Part shown: in pieces, positions 12,701 through 24,419 of the stretch
How positions within the stretch are numbered: position 1 is the stretch's first letter
Layout: every line of letters starts with the position of its first letter
DNA from: Octopus bimaculoides
Lineage: Eukaryota
Reading direction: 5' to 3'
DNA length: 64,000 nucleotides
Assembly (NCBI RefSeq): GCF_001194135.2
Contig: NC_068984.1
Span: forward strand, 95,637,916-95,701,915
Position numbers and translations under genes: made by a program
The notes under the pieces: generated by a model
What the model was told of the DNA's origin: nothing
Database searches by the model: none
What the model saw: the letters and a program-made list of their open reading frames with translations, nothing else

Positions 12701-13109
12701 TGCAACGCTAACGGTTGAATTCTTAATTAAATCTGCATTAATAAAAGTAACCACTGGGAAAAAGACACAATAGAAGCACTGCCTATCCTGATAATGAGAA
12801 TAAGAAACTCCGGAAACATCGATGATAAGGAAGTTACGAACATCATTCTTCGTAACAAACTACAAGTTTCTCATATGAATAAATGAATGAATGAATGAAT
12901 AAATAAATAAATAAATATATAAAAAGATTAAACTGGAATAAAGTTGTGCTTTCAATATGAATAGATATGCGTACATAGGCATACACATGCATACACACAT
13001 ACATGTATATCTATCTATCTATTTATCTGTATGTATGTATGTATGTATGTCTATATGTATGTATATGCTATATATATAGACATACACACACACACATATA
13101 TATATATAT

Positions 13110-14325
13110 CGTTTCCCCTCACCAACCACCCCTCCACCCTGCTCCTCCAATGCACCATTCTCCGGGCCTTCCGGCGATTCCAGTCCGACCCTCCACCTCG
13201 CACATCTTACCCAACCTACCCCTTCTCTCCTTCAAATGAACCCACAACCTGCGTGACCTCCTGGTCCACAGTTTCTTCCCTAACCCCACCTCCTAACCTG
13301 CCTCGTTCCTCTGCTCCCGTCCACGCTGTCGCAATTGCCCCTACCTCTCCAACACCACCATCCTCACAGGCACCCATCATTGTCCCTATCATATCACCAA
13401 CTCTTTTACTGACCGCTTGGCTGACCGGTTCGCGGAGCACCTCCGAAACATCAGACTCGACAATGACACACCAGTCTTGCGTCATTTCCACTCTGCCGGT
13501 CATTCACTACAACACTTGTCTGTGTTCAAATTGTCTTTACACAGGGGCCATCCGGACACCCGCCTTCTCTCCTTTGCGCCACATGGACTCAACTCCCCTC
13601 CTCTTTTCATCTGACACCTACTTCCTCTCTTCATTCCTACCCACTTCTCTCTTGCTTTGACACTTACTTCCTCTCTTCATTCCTACCCACCTTCTCTCTT
13701 CATTGATACCCCCTCCCCCACGTCTCCTACGTCTCCCACTCACACACTCCACTTCCACATACCCCACCCCTACAACACACTTGCATCTCCACCCCACATC
13801 CCCACATCACTACACCACACCACACACCACCGCACCACATCACACCACCCACACACTAGCACTGACCACTTCCCAGCACCCACGCCACACACCACTATTC
13901 TCACACCCACATACCATCATCCTCACATCCACACGCCATCATCCACACACTCACACATTACAGACTCACACACACACGCACGCACACATCCACACGTCAA
14001 AGTCACTAGCCCCTATCCACACACACACATTCTCACATGCGCACACACGCACGCACACCTTCGTTTTGGGATCGCCAATACTTTATTATCTCCCCTTCTT
14101 TCTACCTGTCAAATCTCTTTTCCCCAACCAGTCACCATATGCTTGATCGCTAAATTCACAAATTTTTTTTATTCTCTCTCTGTTTATTTTCTCTTATTCC
14201 TTTCTGTTGAAGAGCGTAAGCTCGAAACGTAAAACACTTTCTCACCTTCCTGAGCGTCAACACCTGCTTGTTGTTCATACACCTGTCTTCGTCTTTTGTT
14301 TTTCTGTAATTTTCAGCTGTGTGTG
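13110..14325 (+). mobile_element. Penelope-like element 3' fragment (GIY-YIG end, CA-rich 3' region, terminal repeat with hammerhead)
   Basis: ILRAFRRFQSD, NLRDLLVHS, DRFAEHLRNIRLDNDTPVLRHFHSAGHS; hammerhead motif at 14201-14234. Confidence 0.8.
14201..14234 (+). ncRNA. Minimal type I hammerhead motif, core variant CUGUUGA
   Basis: TTT-CTGTTGA-A-GAGC-GTAA-GCTC-GAAAC-GTA-AAA. Confidence 0.6.
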
Positions 14326-14654
14326 NNNNNNNNNNNNNNNNNNNNNNNNNNNNNNNNNNNNNNNNNNNNNNNNNNNNNNNNNNNNNNNNNNNNNNNNNNN
14401 NNNNNNNNNNNNNNNNNNNNNNNNNNNNNNNNNNNNNNNNNNNNNNNNNNNNNNNNNNNNNNNNNNNNNNNNNNNNNNNNNNNNNNNNNNNNNNNNNNNN
14501 NNNNNNNNNNNNNNNNNNNNNNNNNNNNNNNNNNNNNNNNNNNNNNNNNNNNNNNNNNNNNNNNNNNNNNNNNNNNNNNNNNNNNNNNNNNNNNNNNNNN
14601 TCTTATTTTATTATTTTAACTCATGTCCATTGTCCAGAAATCTTTTGTCACACA

Positions 14655-14801
14655 TCTGTGACCTCTTCAGCGACACTTTTCGTTTTCCTTCTTGATCCAC
14701 TTACTCCGTTCTGATCTTCTCAGGTGTGTATCCTTATGTGCACATGCGTTTGCATCCTTGTATGTGTATGTGCGTGCGTGTGTATGAGAGTGTGTGTGTG
14801 T

Positions 14802-14845
<44 letters not shown>

Positions 14846-14956
14846 ACAAACAAGGAAACAAACGCTTGCGCACATAAGGATATACATCTTTGAAGAACAG
14901 AATGAAGTGCAGCAAGAAATGCACGAAAGCGAAAGTGTCGCTGAAGAGGTCACAGA
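14655..14956. repeat. Foldback/MITE-like element: ~120-bp imperfect inverted arms around (TG)n
   Basis: Termini TCTGTGACCTCTTCAGCGACACTTT / AAAGTGTCGCTGAAGAGGTCACAGA are exact reverse complements; inner arms diverge. Confidence 0.8.
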
Positions 14957-15425
14957 CACATATATATTTGTTTTATTGCTTCTGTGTCTGTTCCATCACA
15001 AGCAAAACCCACAGGTATCTGACCATTCTTCAGTCAAATCCAATGTGTTTTTTCTTTGACTTGCTGTGACATACAAGAAACACTCAATGTTTTTCTTTTT
15101 CTTTTTTGCCATTATCTTTCTCTTTGGTATACTGTGTCGATTCATAGGTAATGCCCAAAAATTTAACGAAGCATCCTGATTGGTGTAGAATGGTAAATAT
15201 CTTTAAGTGAAAGTATCGTGCCAGCAATAAAGCATTAATGTAACTGCTTGAGGAAGCACACACATATGATGGACGCAAAATAAAGACTCATAGATATTAT
15301 AGATAATATGATATCCTATGAATACGAAAATGTCCTGACGAATAAACATGTGGGATGCAGAGACATATGTCGCGATACATTGATAAAATCTAAAAATTTT
15401 CATTCACAAGTCATTTCTGTTACTA

Positions 15426-15482
<57 letters not shown>

Positions 15483-15769
15483 CGTGTGTGCATGTGCATA
15501 TGCATATATATTTACAAGTGTATATATCTACATGCATATATAGGTCTGCATATGCTTCTATATATATGCGTGTATAAGTTTTTTAAAAAGATTCAAGTAA
15601 AAGCTTTGTGATATGCTATGCAGAGCTCATCTACAGTTATTGAATACCGGATGTCATCATAGAGTGGAAATGCTCTTTCTACTGGATATACACAAGGAAT
15701 TCTATAGTTTATCTGTAGAGCATATATAAATCGCAGCTTGAGTGAAATAACTGTATGATCTGATCTAAC

Positions 15770-15891
15770 AATCACCTGAAGAAGCGCATTTTACACCTTT
15801 GAGGGATGATAGTGGTTACACAATATGTTAATAATATCATCTCACCAATATACTATGAGTGTAAAAATGCATCGAAACAATTGTAGTGGTT
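15770..15891 (+). ncRNA. Type I hammerhead ribozyme motif with greatly extended stem II
   Basis: AATCAC-CTGAAGA-A-GCGCATTTTACAC...GTGTAAAAATGCATC-GAAAC-AATT-GTA-GTGGTT; all core nucleotides present. Confidence 0.75.
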
Positions 15892-18679
15892 TTAAATAAT
15901 GTTCAAAATATTTTCTATTATTTATGTATGTGTGTGTGTACGCGCGCAGGTGGGGTGCATATAAGGTTGCTTATATGCATTTAACCACTAGTGGGCTGTG
16001 TTTTGCCGAGATAATGGAGATAATGAACTTCAAAGATAATACTGATGAAGTTATAATGTGATGCAGACACAAGTCGGGAGAGACATTCTTATATAACAAC
16101 TAATAATTCAATTGATTAGCAATAGTTTAACTTTTATTCTAACAGTTATATGAATGCTTAAAATGCGGATTTATCACGTACAATACTTCCATGGGGATTT
16201 CATTTCTTGTGACTGTTTTTTTCCGTGAATCTGTTTTTTTAAAAATTTGGTTAATGTGTCTTTTGTGTTCGACATATATTCTTTTACCAGGAATAACATT
16301 CTTCCACTCTGTTTAATAATTTACACCGTCCTCCCAGCTTTCTTTACCATATCTATAGGTTTTTAAAAACAAAAAACTGTCACCTAACTTGAAGAATTTT
16401 GAAGTATTTTTGTTCGTTCATTTTTTTCACTCGGTATCAGCTTATCAAAAATAGATCTGACTTTTCTAGCAAACATCAATCCTGCAGGTGACATTCCCGA
16501 CTGTGTATTCGGATTAGGTGTTACTCAGTACACTCTTAGAAAGTTGTCCATCACTTCATTGTTCGCTGTTTTCAACGCCCTCTTGAAAGTGTCAAAACGT
16601 TCCGCTTGTCCATTTGACCCAGGATGATAGGGCGGAGTGGTCACATGTTCGATGACGAACATTTTACAAAATTTTATGAACTCGTCTGACGTAAATTTAG
16701 TTTCATCATCAGACACTATGGTATCCGGAATACCATACCTGGTGAACAATTCATGTAAAAAGCTTAATGTAACCGCAGATGTCAGCTTTTTACATTTATG
16801 CACTTTCGGCCACTGTGAAAAACTGTCCACCACAACAAGGTAATATGAATCCTTAAGTGGACCTGTGTAATCAACATGCAGTCTGGCCAATGGAACATTT
16901 GTTTTTGGCCACGGTGGCCATTAGTGGTAGGCGATTTTGCAGCTAAGGCACACCCTCTGCATGTTTTCGCTGATTCTTCAACGTCACGGTCCATTGTTGG
17001 CCAGTATACATAACTTCTCATTAATGATTTCATTCTCGAAATCCCTGAGTGACCAATATGAAATTCCTTTAGTAATCGCTTTTGTAGCGAGAAATGGTTG
17101 CGCATATTTTTATCGCTTTTAGCCTTCAGTATTTCTTTCATTTTTATAATGAATTTATCGTTTTCCGATTTTAATTTTATGTTTTGAAAAGTAACTGGCA
17201 GTTCACGAATGATGTTACACAAAACATTTTAAATTTCATTTTCCGCTCGCAAAGCGGGAATCATGGTATTTTCAAATAGTTCTGCATTTTTCGAAGTCAG
17301 TCTTGACAGACAATCCGCATGACCCAATTTCTTGGATGGTATATATTCCATCTTGAAATCATAGTTTAATGAAATCGTACTCCAGCGTTGAAACCTATTA
17401 GCAGTATGGGTAGGAATTCCTTTTTTCGACTTAAACGATGATTAGTCTGTAGACGAAAACTTCAAAAATAATAGCTAGATCTTCTTTTTCGATTTGACTA
17501 TAATTTTTCTTTGCTGGTGAGGCATGAACCACCGCCTTCGTGCTATTATCTTTATATTTATGTAGCATTACTGCTCCTATACAGTACTCAGAAGTAGGAT
17601 CGAAGTATACTAGCGACAAATTAGATATTAATAATTTTTTTATTTCGTCAAACGCCTTTTGGCAGCTTTCCGACCAATTCCATTTCACATCTTTTTTCAG
17701 CAGATTATTCAGTGGAACCCTCTCCTTATGCACATTTAGAATATAATTTTGGTAATAATTTGCCAATCATAAAAATGCTTGTATGGTCGCTATATTTGTC
17801 GCATGGGACATATTTTTAATTGTGTCTGCCCTCGACAGGTCTGTTCAACGTCCATTTTGTCAATGAATTGTCCTAAATATCTTATTTTCGGTAAGAAAAA
17901 TCCACACTTTTCATCACTCAAAATAAAGCTGTAATCCTTAATTTTTTTGAACACATATTTTACTTATTATAGAGATATCGTAGTCTGTATCCAATTGTAA
18001 CTTTATGTTTGTATTATTATGCGTATTTTTGTCGAGGATAATCCGTTCACGCGATTTTTTGTGTTGGACCGTTTTTAGGTTCTGTCCTACATTGCGACTT
18101 TTTATGGCCCATTTTACCACACATGAAGCATTTTGTATTTTTAAACGGACAGTTATTTTTAAAATGTAGACCACTGCACCCATAACTTGAATTCGGTCTA
18201 AACATTTTTTCACTTTTTTCTTATTCGTTACAGGCCGAAACGCTTGAACCTAAGAGCAATCTTGCTATTCAGTTTTATTTGCCTCATGTCTTCTGCTACT
18301 GCCTGCAGAGTTAAATTTGAGTCCTGTTCTGATTTTGTTAATATCCGGGATCGTATATCTGCATTTTTGCTTGCAGTAAGCCCTTGAACAAAAATAAAAC
18401 ACTTTGATATGTCTCATTCAGTTTGAATGTCTCACACTCTCTGTTAACCACTTCGGCATAGGTGACGAAATTTTCATCATCTTTTTTTACCAAATTTAAA
18501 CATTGCCAGCGAACTTCTTTCACTGAAAATTTTCGATAAATTATTAATTGTTTCATCGAAACAAATCTCACCTGGTTTCTTCGGCAGAATATAATTACTA
18601 TATTTTTCGTGTTCGGTAGGGGATAGCTTTCTTAAAGGTAGTCGTACTTTTTTCTCGTCGGACCAACTTTTACACTCTT

Positions 18680-19067
18680 ACATTATTTACATTATTTACA
18701 TTTGACGGATATTTGTCCTCATCTTGTTTGTTGTTAACACGACGTTTCGGCTGATATACCCTCCAGCCTTCGTCAGGTGTCTTGGGGAAATTTCGAACCT
18801 GGGTTCTCATTCCTAACGATGTTACTATTATTATATTATTATTATTATTATTATTAATACTATTATTAATCAGGTCGCTGCCGTGAATCGAACTCGGAAC
18901 CTTGGGGTTAGTAGCCCGCGCTCTTAACCACTACGCCATATGCCCAAGACACCTGACGAANNNNNNNNNNCTGTGTTAACAACAAACAAGATGAGGACAA
19001 ATATCCGTCAAATGTAAATAATGTAAATAATGTAAATAATTCCTCATCTCTTAAATATAGAACTGTA
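18680..19067. mobile_element. Composite non-coding insertion: tRNA-derived head + (AAT)n + hammerhead, with inverted second hammerhead arm; 12-bp TSD
   Basis: TSD TTTTACACTCTT at 18668-18679 and 19068-19079; arms 18680-18784 and 18946-19040 are inverted copies; A and B boxes at 18871-18945 (-). Confidence 0.85.
18735..18784 (-). ncRNA. Intact minimal type I hammerhead ribozyme motif
   Basis: GACAC-CTGACGA-A-GGCTG-GAGGGTATAT-CAGCC-GAAAC-GTC-GTGTT: stem I 5 bp, perfect 5-bp stem II, GUC cleavage triplet. Confidence 0.85.
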
Positions 19068-19131
19068 TTTTACACTCTTCTTTGAAGATTTCTTCGTATC
19101 AACGAAAATATGCAGAGAAGGTAATCCCTTC

Positions 19132-19324
19132 AAGGCGGCGAGCTGGCACGCCGGGAGAAGTGCTTAGCGGTATTTTGTTTGCCGATACATTATGAGTTCA
19201 AATTCCGCAGAGGTCGACTTTGCCTTTCATCCTTTCAGGGTCGATAAATTAAGTACCAGTTGCATACTGGGGTCGACTCCCCCCCGCCAAAAAAAAATTG
19301 CTAGCCTTGTGCCTGTAGTAGAAA
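19132..19324 (+). mobile_element. tRNA-derived SINE with 16-bp TSD, inserted in Gypsy gag
   Basis: TSD AGAAGGTAATCC(C/T)TTC at 19116-19131 and 19325-19340. Central block gaggtcgactttgcctttcatcctttcagggtcgataaattaagtaccag is reminiscent of the Meta-type SINE domain (from memory, unverified). Confidence 0.85.
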
Positions 19325-20420
19325 AGAAGGTAATCCTTTCTGGATTATAGCTGAATTTTTCAACTAAGTTTGCTACTCTGTCTGGTGAGTACGACTCTGA
19401 AGTATTTTCAGACTTCTTCAACATTAATTCCAGCAGCTATTAATTTTGTTGTTGCTGCTGCTGCTACTGCTTTAGGTGCTGTTGTTGTAGTTACTGTTGT
19501 TGATGCTGTTGCTGTTGCAACTGCACTATGGAAGCCATTAAGTTCTCCATATCAAACGATTTTTTCTTTGATTTCGTACACCCCACCCCCAAAAACAATT
19601 TAACGTCTAACGCAAGCTTCGAACAACTCGTTACCACTTTTATATCTTTGTATGCTGGATATATAATATCATGAAGCAGGAGGGAAAGAAAGTATTAACA
19701 CGACGCACTACCATTACTATTACACGAGACAACGCTCTATATCAACGGCTCGCAGTGAATTGTTTACCAACTCCGAACTGCCAATCGCTCACCGTCCTTT
19801 ACTTTATAACAATGAGACAGTCCACCTTCAGTCACTTGGGGTGGGGTCGAAATCCTTCCACAACTATATTGTATGTGCATACGTATGTGTATGGGAAGGG
19901 GGTACATAAACCATTGTATGACGATGATGTGTACGAATAAAGTATAACAGATCTTCTCTGACTGGATTAATACATCTTTAACCAGAAGCTTATTAACTGC
20001 ATGTCAAAGAACCCTTTATTGACAAAAATCTACGCTCTAATACTGGCAGGCTGATTTTTTCTTCCGAGAGTTCACCAATGCCTGATGAAATAGCAGGCAA
20101 TTTATTTGCACTGTGTGCAAATAAATTGCCATACTACTGAAACATTTATAGCATTAATTGAACGGCTTAACGTCTCTTCAACTTCACTTATTTTATTTCT
20201 TTATCACGCGACATGTGCAGCTAATGTTTAGAGATTGGAGTTGCAGACTATCTAATTGAGTCAAGATTGCGTCGATTACGCAATTGATTGGATGATAAAC
20301 TAAGAATATTCATCAGTATTCGTACATAATAGCCTGCAAGCCAATACATGCTTGAGGCTACGGAGTTGATAATAACGATGATTAAGTTCCAAATCAATTG
20401 ATTATACACACACACATATA

Positions 20421-20780
20421 CAGTAATACCTCGATATACGAGTTAATTTGTTCCAGGGGACCGCTCGTTAAGCGAAAACTCGTAAAGCAGAGCAGGAATT
20501 TCCCAAAGCAGCAATGTCATAAATTGTAATTCGTTCTCAGAAAAATGTCTTACTTATAAAAAAATTTATAATACTCGTGAATAAATGGCAATAAAACAAC
20601 AATAGAATGCAAAGAATATTTTATGTAAAGCAAAAGGAATATCAAGATCATTTATAATAAAAAAATAGTATTATTACAATCGTTTTGTGAATCACTTTCA
20701 CTCACACTAGACTCGCACACACCATCACTTGTAGACGCGATCGCCGAATCACAAGCACTCGTAGACGGACTTGTTGATTT
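20421..20780. mobile_element. Possible Tigger/pogo-like non-autonomous DNA transposon end
   Basis: Starts TA|CAGTAATACCTCGATATACGAG, like pogo-family TIRs; partner TIR not found. Confidence 0.4.
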
Positions 20781-21221
20781 CTTTTAAAATGTATCACCTT
20801 ACTATTGCTTTTTCTGTCTACTCTTTTCACTTTACCATCCCTCCATCAGTTACCTTTCTTTGTTTTGCGCACCATTTCTTTACTCCCAATCTTTCTCTCC
20901 ACAATCACTTCTAGATCTAACTGCATTCCTTTCTATTTATTTGCCCTCTATCTATCTTCACTTACCTCCCATTTCTTCAACTGTCCACTTTTGTAAACTA
21001 TTTACTGTCGTCCATCCTTATTCTTTTCTCTCTCCATGCCCCCTCTTTCTTAGTATCTGTTCTTCGCCAACCTCTATTCCTCTCGTTTCATCTATCCCTA
21101 ATCTTCCTTCTCCTTGTACAACTCTTTCTGCTCCTCCACTCTCTGCCTTTATCCCTACCTTTCATTATCCATGCTCTCCCGTTCTCTTTCTCTCCTCTTT
21201 TTGGTGCTACGTGACTAACCT

Positions 21222-21840
21222 GTGAGTGGTGAAAAAATTGCAATTAGAGCCATTTTACGCTACTTGTGGAAAAAAGGATTGAGTGAAAGTTCAGCAACAG
21301 AAACTAATGATGACGAAGGCCCAGGAACTGTCAACTGTGACACAAAACTGGTTCAGACGTTTCAAGGAAACACCACCCTTGAGAGAGGAAACAGAAAGTG
21401 TGTGTGTGGCGTTACATTAAATAATCCTTCCTATTATAGGGCTGAAATTTGTCAGGGAGATCTGTGACAGATGATGTGACATTGCTGGAAATGGTTGAAC
21501 AGTCAAGAACAAGCATTTGTTGAGAAGCTCCTCATGAACTGACTAATGACCAGGCTCAAAGGACATGCTGTGCGTTTAGTGCTGCCTTGCCTACAGTCCA
21601 GACCTGGCACCATCAGATAACCACCTTTTCCAAGCCATGACTCATTTCCTGCACAAACGGAAGTTCAACAATGCAAATGAGATTGGAAACAGGTGCAGGG
21701 AATTTTTTGTCTCTAAACTACCCAAATGATACAAGCATGGAATTGAAGCGATATATTTTGCTGAATGTTTTTCATATGTAATTTGCTTGAAGTATTAATT
21801 AAAACTTCAAATATGAAAAATCTTTTGATACAACCTTGTG
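21222..21840 (+). mobile_element. mariner relic, internally deleted
   Basis: IRAILRYLWKKGLS..., WFRRF(Q/K)GNT; 3' end ...cttttgatacaaccttg before TA repeats. Confidence 0.65.
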
Positions 21841-21854
21841 TATATATACATATA

Positions 21855-23100
21855 TCATCATCATCATCATCATCATCATCGTTTAACGTCTGCTTTCCAT
21901 GCTAGCATGGGTTGGACGATTTGACTGAGGACTGGTGAAACCGGATGGCAACACCAGGCTCCAATCTAATTTGGCAGAGTTTCTACAGCTGGATGCCCTT
22001 CCTAACGCCAACCACTCAGAGAGTGTAGTGGGTGCTTTTACGTGTCACCCGCACGAAAACGGCCACACTCGAAATGGTGTCTTTTATGTGCCACCCGCAC
22101 AAGAGCCAGTCCAGGGGCACTGGCAACGATCTCACTCGAAAATCCTACNNNNNNNNNNNNNNNNNNNNNNNNNNNNNNNNNNNNNNNNNNNNNNNNNNNN
22201 NNNNNNNNNNNNNNNNNNNNNNNNNNNNNNNNNNNNNNNNNNNNNNNNNNNNNNNNNNNNNNNNNNNNNNNNNNNNNNNNNNNNNNNNNNNNNNNNNNNN
22301 NNNNNNNNNNNNNNNNNNNNNNNNNNNNNNNNNNNNNNNNNNNNNNNNNNNNNNNNNNNNNNNNNNNNNNNNNNNNNNNNNNNNNNNNNNNNNNNNNNNN
22401 NNNNNNNNNNNNNNNNNNNNNNNNNNNNNNNNNNNNNNNNNNNNNNNNNNNNNNNNNNNNNNNNNNNNNNNNNNNNNNNNNNNNNNNNNNNNNNNNNNNN
22501 NNNNNNNNNNNNNNNNNNNNNNNNNNNNNNNNNNNNNNNNNNNNNNNNNNNNNNNNNNNNNNNNNNNNNNNNNNNNNNNNNNNNNNNNNNNNNNNNNNNN
22601 NNNNNNNNNNNNNNNNNNNNNNNNNNNNNNNNNNNNNNNNNNNNNNNNNNNNNNNNNNNNNNNNNNNNNNNNNNNNNNNNNNNNNNNNNNNNNNNNNNNN
22701 NNNNNNNNNNNNNNNNNNNNNNNNNNNNNNNNNNNNNNNNNNNNNNNNNNNNNNNNNNNNNNNNNNNNNNNNNCATGCGTCATACAGTCTGCCTTTTACT
22801 CTGAGTGAGAGTCCCTTTGTCGCCAGCAGGGGTAAGAGCTCTCTAAACTTTGCCCAGGCTATTCTTATTCTAGCAGCTACACTTTCAGCGCACCCACCCC
22901 CACTACTAACTTGGTCGCCCAGATAGCGGAAGCTATCGACTACCTCTAGTTTTTCACCCTGGAATGAGATAGAAGTTGTTTCCTGTTTGTTTACAGTCTT
23001 TATTGCACCTGAACATCTGCCACAAACAAAAACTAACTTCCTAGTTAACCTGCCTTTGATGTTGCTGCACCTCTTATGTGTCCATAGCTTGCACCAGGTA
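21855..23100 (-). mobile_element. RTE-clade LINE 3' part, gap inside, (GAT)n tail
   Basis: CKLWTHKRCSNIKGRL, VDSFRYLGD, AARIRIAWAKFRELLPLL; 3' UTR ends ...CCATGCTAGCATGGAAAGCAGACGTTAAAC(GAT)n. Confidence 0.9.
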
Positions 23101-23539
23101 CATCTTATATATATATATATATATATGGATGGCGCGGGGACATGTTCGCATATATGGGAACCAGCCTTTTTTTCTGCATGTTTCATTAAATACACGACTA
23201 TGTTCAAGTTTCATCTTTTTTACTTTAAATTTTTCATGTTCTTATTAACTTTTTACAGTTGGTTTGGCACAATAGGGTTCCTAAGTTCATATTCAACATT
23301 TTTATCTCATCATCAAGAATGGAGTTGAATATATTTAACATTTGTGCTGTTTATATATTCTGTGAAGTCATTGTCCTGAGTACACAGGATCAAGTTCTTA
23401 CATATTGGGTAAGAACAATTTGGTATATATCAGCTATTGTTACACTATGTAGCTAGCACTCTGGTATTGCATTATTTGAGCTTTATACCTGTCAGATCTT
23501 GATCATTTTTATAGACTGTTTTTCAGATGTGCATTTTCA

Positions 23540-23670
23540 CAACCATGAGATTTCGGGTTCAGTCCCACTATGTATCTTGGGTACATGCCTTCTGCCATGC
23601 CCTTGGGTCAAGTAATGTCTTGTGAGTGAAATTTGATAGATAGAAACTGTAAATAAGTCCAGTGTGTGTG
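23540..23670 (+). mobile_element. tRNA-derived SINE fragment
   Basis: B-box-like GGTTCAGTCCC; homology to 6160-6285 and 31660-31820. Confidence 0.55.
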
Positions 23671-23869
23671 TGCATCCATGTTTGAAAAATAGTTATCAGA
23701 CTAGTTATAAGTATAGGCACATTATTATTGACTTAAACCCTTCAAGTGGGTGCTGTAGTATGGTCACAGTCCAATGACTGAAACCAGGAAAAAAAAAACA
23801 AAAGATAAACAATGAGAAACAAGTGTTCAGAAGTAAATAAATATTCAATCGCAATTGTGACAATATCTC

Positions 23870-23875
23870 TTTATT
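23870..23875 (-). terminator. Candidate polyadenylation signal of UFL1 (AATAAA)
   Basis: AATAAA on the minus strand about 15 nt after the UFL1 stop codon. Confidence 0.5.
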
Positions 23876-23889
23876 GAAATGATATAAAC

Positions 23890-24050
23890 TTAAGGACTAG
23901 ATTCTTTTGTTTGTTTCTCTTTAGGTTTTGTAGCTACTGCAATGTCTTTCAATTTTGGCAACAGTTCCTCTAAGACAGCTCTTTCATTAGACTCTGTTAT
24001 TTCTTCATCTTCATCTTCATTGTGAGACTTCATATCTTTGATTACCAAAT
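23890..24050 (-). CDS. UFL1: UFL1 terminal coding exon
   Basis: (D)LVIKDMKSHNEDEDEEITESNERAVLEELLPKLKDIAVATKPKEKQTKESSP*; phase matches the preceding exon. Acceptor ttccAG; resembles the UFL1 C-terminus (LVVKQL...L..L...IKDL). Confidence 0.85.
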
Positions 24051-24124
24051 CTGGAAAAAGAAACAATTCAGTATTTGCTAAAATGTTTATAAAGGTTTTC
24101 CTCCAAAGAATCTATAAATATTGG

Positions 24125-24310
24125 TTTGAAATTTTGGCACAAGGCCAGCAAGTTCGGGGGAGGAGGTAAGTCAATTACATCAATTCCAGTGTACTTATTT
24201 TATCAACTCTGAAAGGGATGTAAACCAAAGTCAACCTTGGCAGAATTTGACATGAAATGTTGCAAAGCATTTTGCCCAGCGTGCTAATGATTCTGCCAGC
24301 TCGCCACCTT
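24125..24310 (-). mobile_element. SINE of the same family as 19132-19324
   Basis: Reverse complement aligns (aaggcggcgagctggca...aaggttgactttg...gttgataaaataagtac...ggccttgtgcc). Confidence 0.7.
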
Positions 24311-24419
24311 CAAAGAATCAATTAATATTAATAGAATAGTACCAATCTACATTTGGTGTTATGTTCTAGAAATTTTGTTTGAAAGAGAGAATTAAGTGAA
24401 AGGAAGTGAATAATACATC

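Larger units (their letters stand above)
16200..19636 (-). mobile_element. Gypsy/Ty3 LTR retrotransposon internal region (gag, CCHC, protease, RT C-terminus, RNase H, integrase), decayed; most of RT deleted
   Basis: VEKFSYNPERITF, YEEIFKEECKSWSDEKKVRL, CGKMGHKKSQC, LQLDTDYDISII, NYSQIEKE, GHSGISRMKSLMRSYVYWP, RLHVDYTGP, PYHPGSNGQAERF; PBS-like TGGTAACGAG at 19627-19636. Confidence 0.92.

Noticed and set aside
13657-14232. His/Thr/Pro-rich ORFs
   Set aside because: Translation of CA-rich low-complexity PLE 3' sequence; no domain or splice support.
18871-18945. Apparent tRNA gene (loop CTACTAA, anticodon ACT) on the minus strand
   Set aside because: Acceptor stem does not pair, there is no terminator, and it is embedded in a TSD-flanked composite; it is a SINE head.
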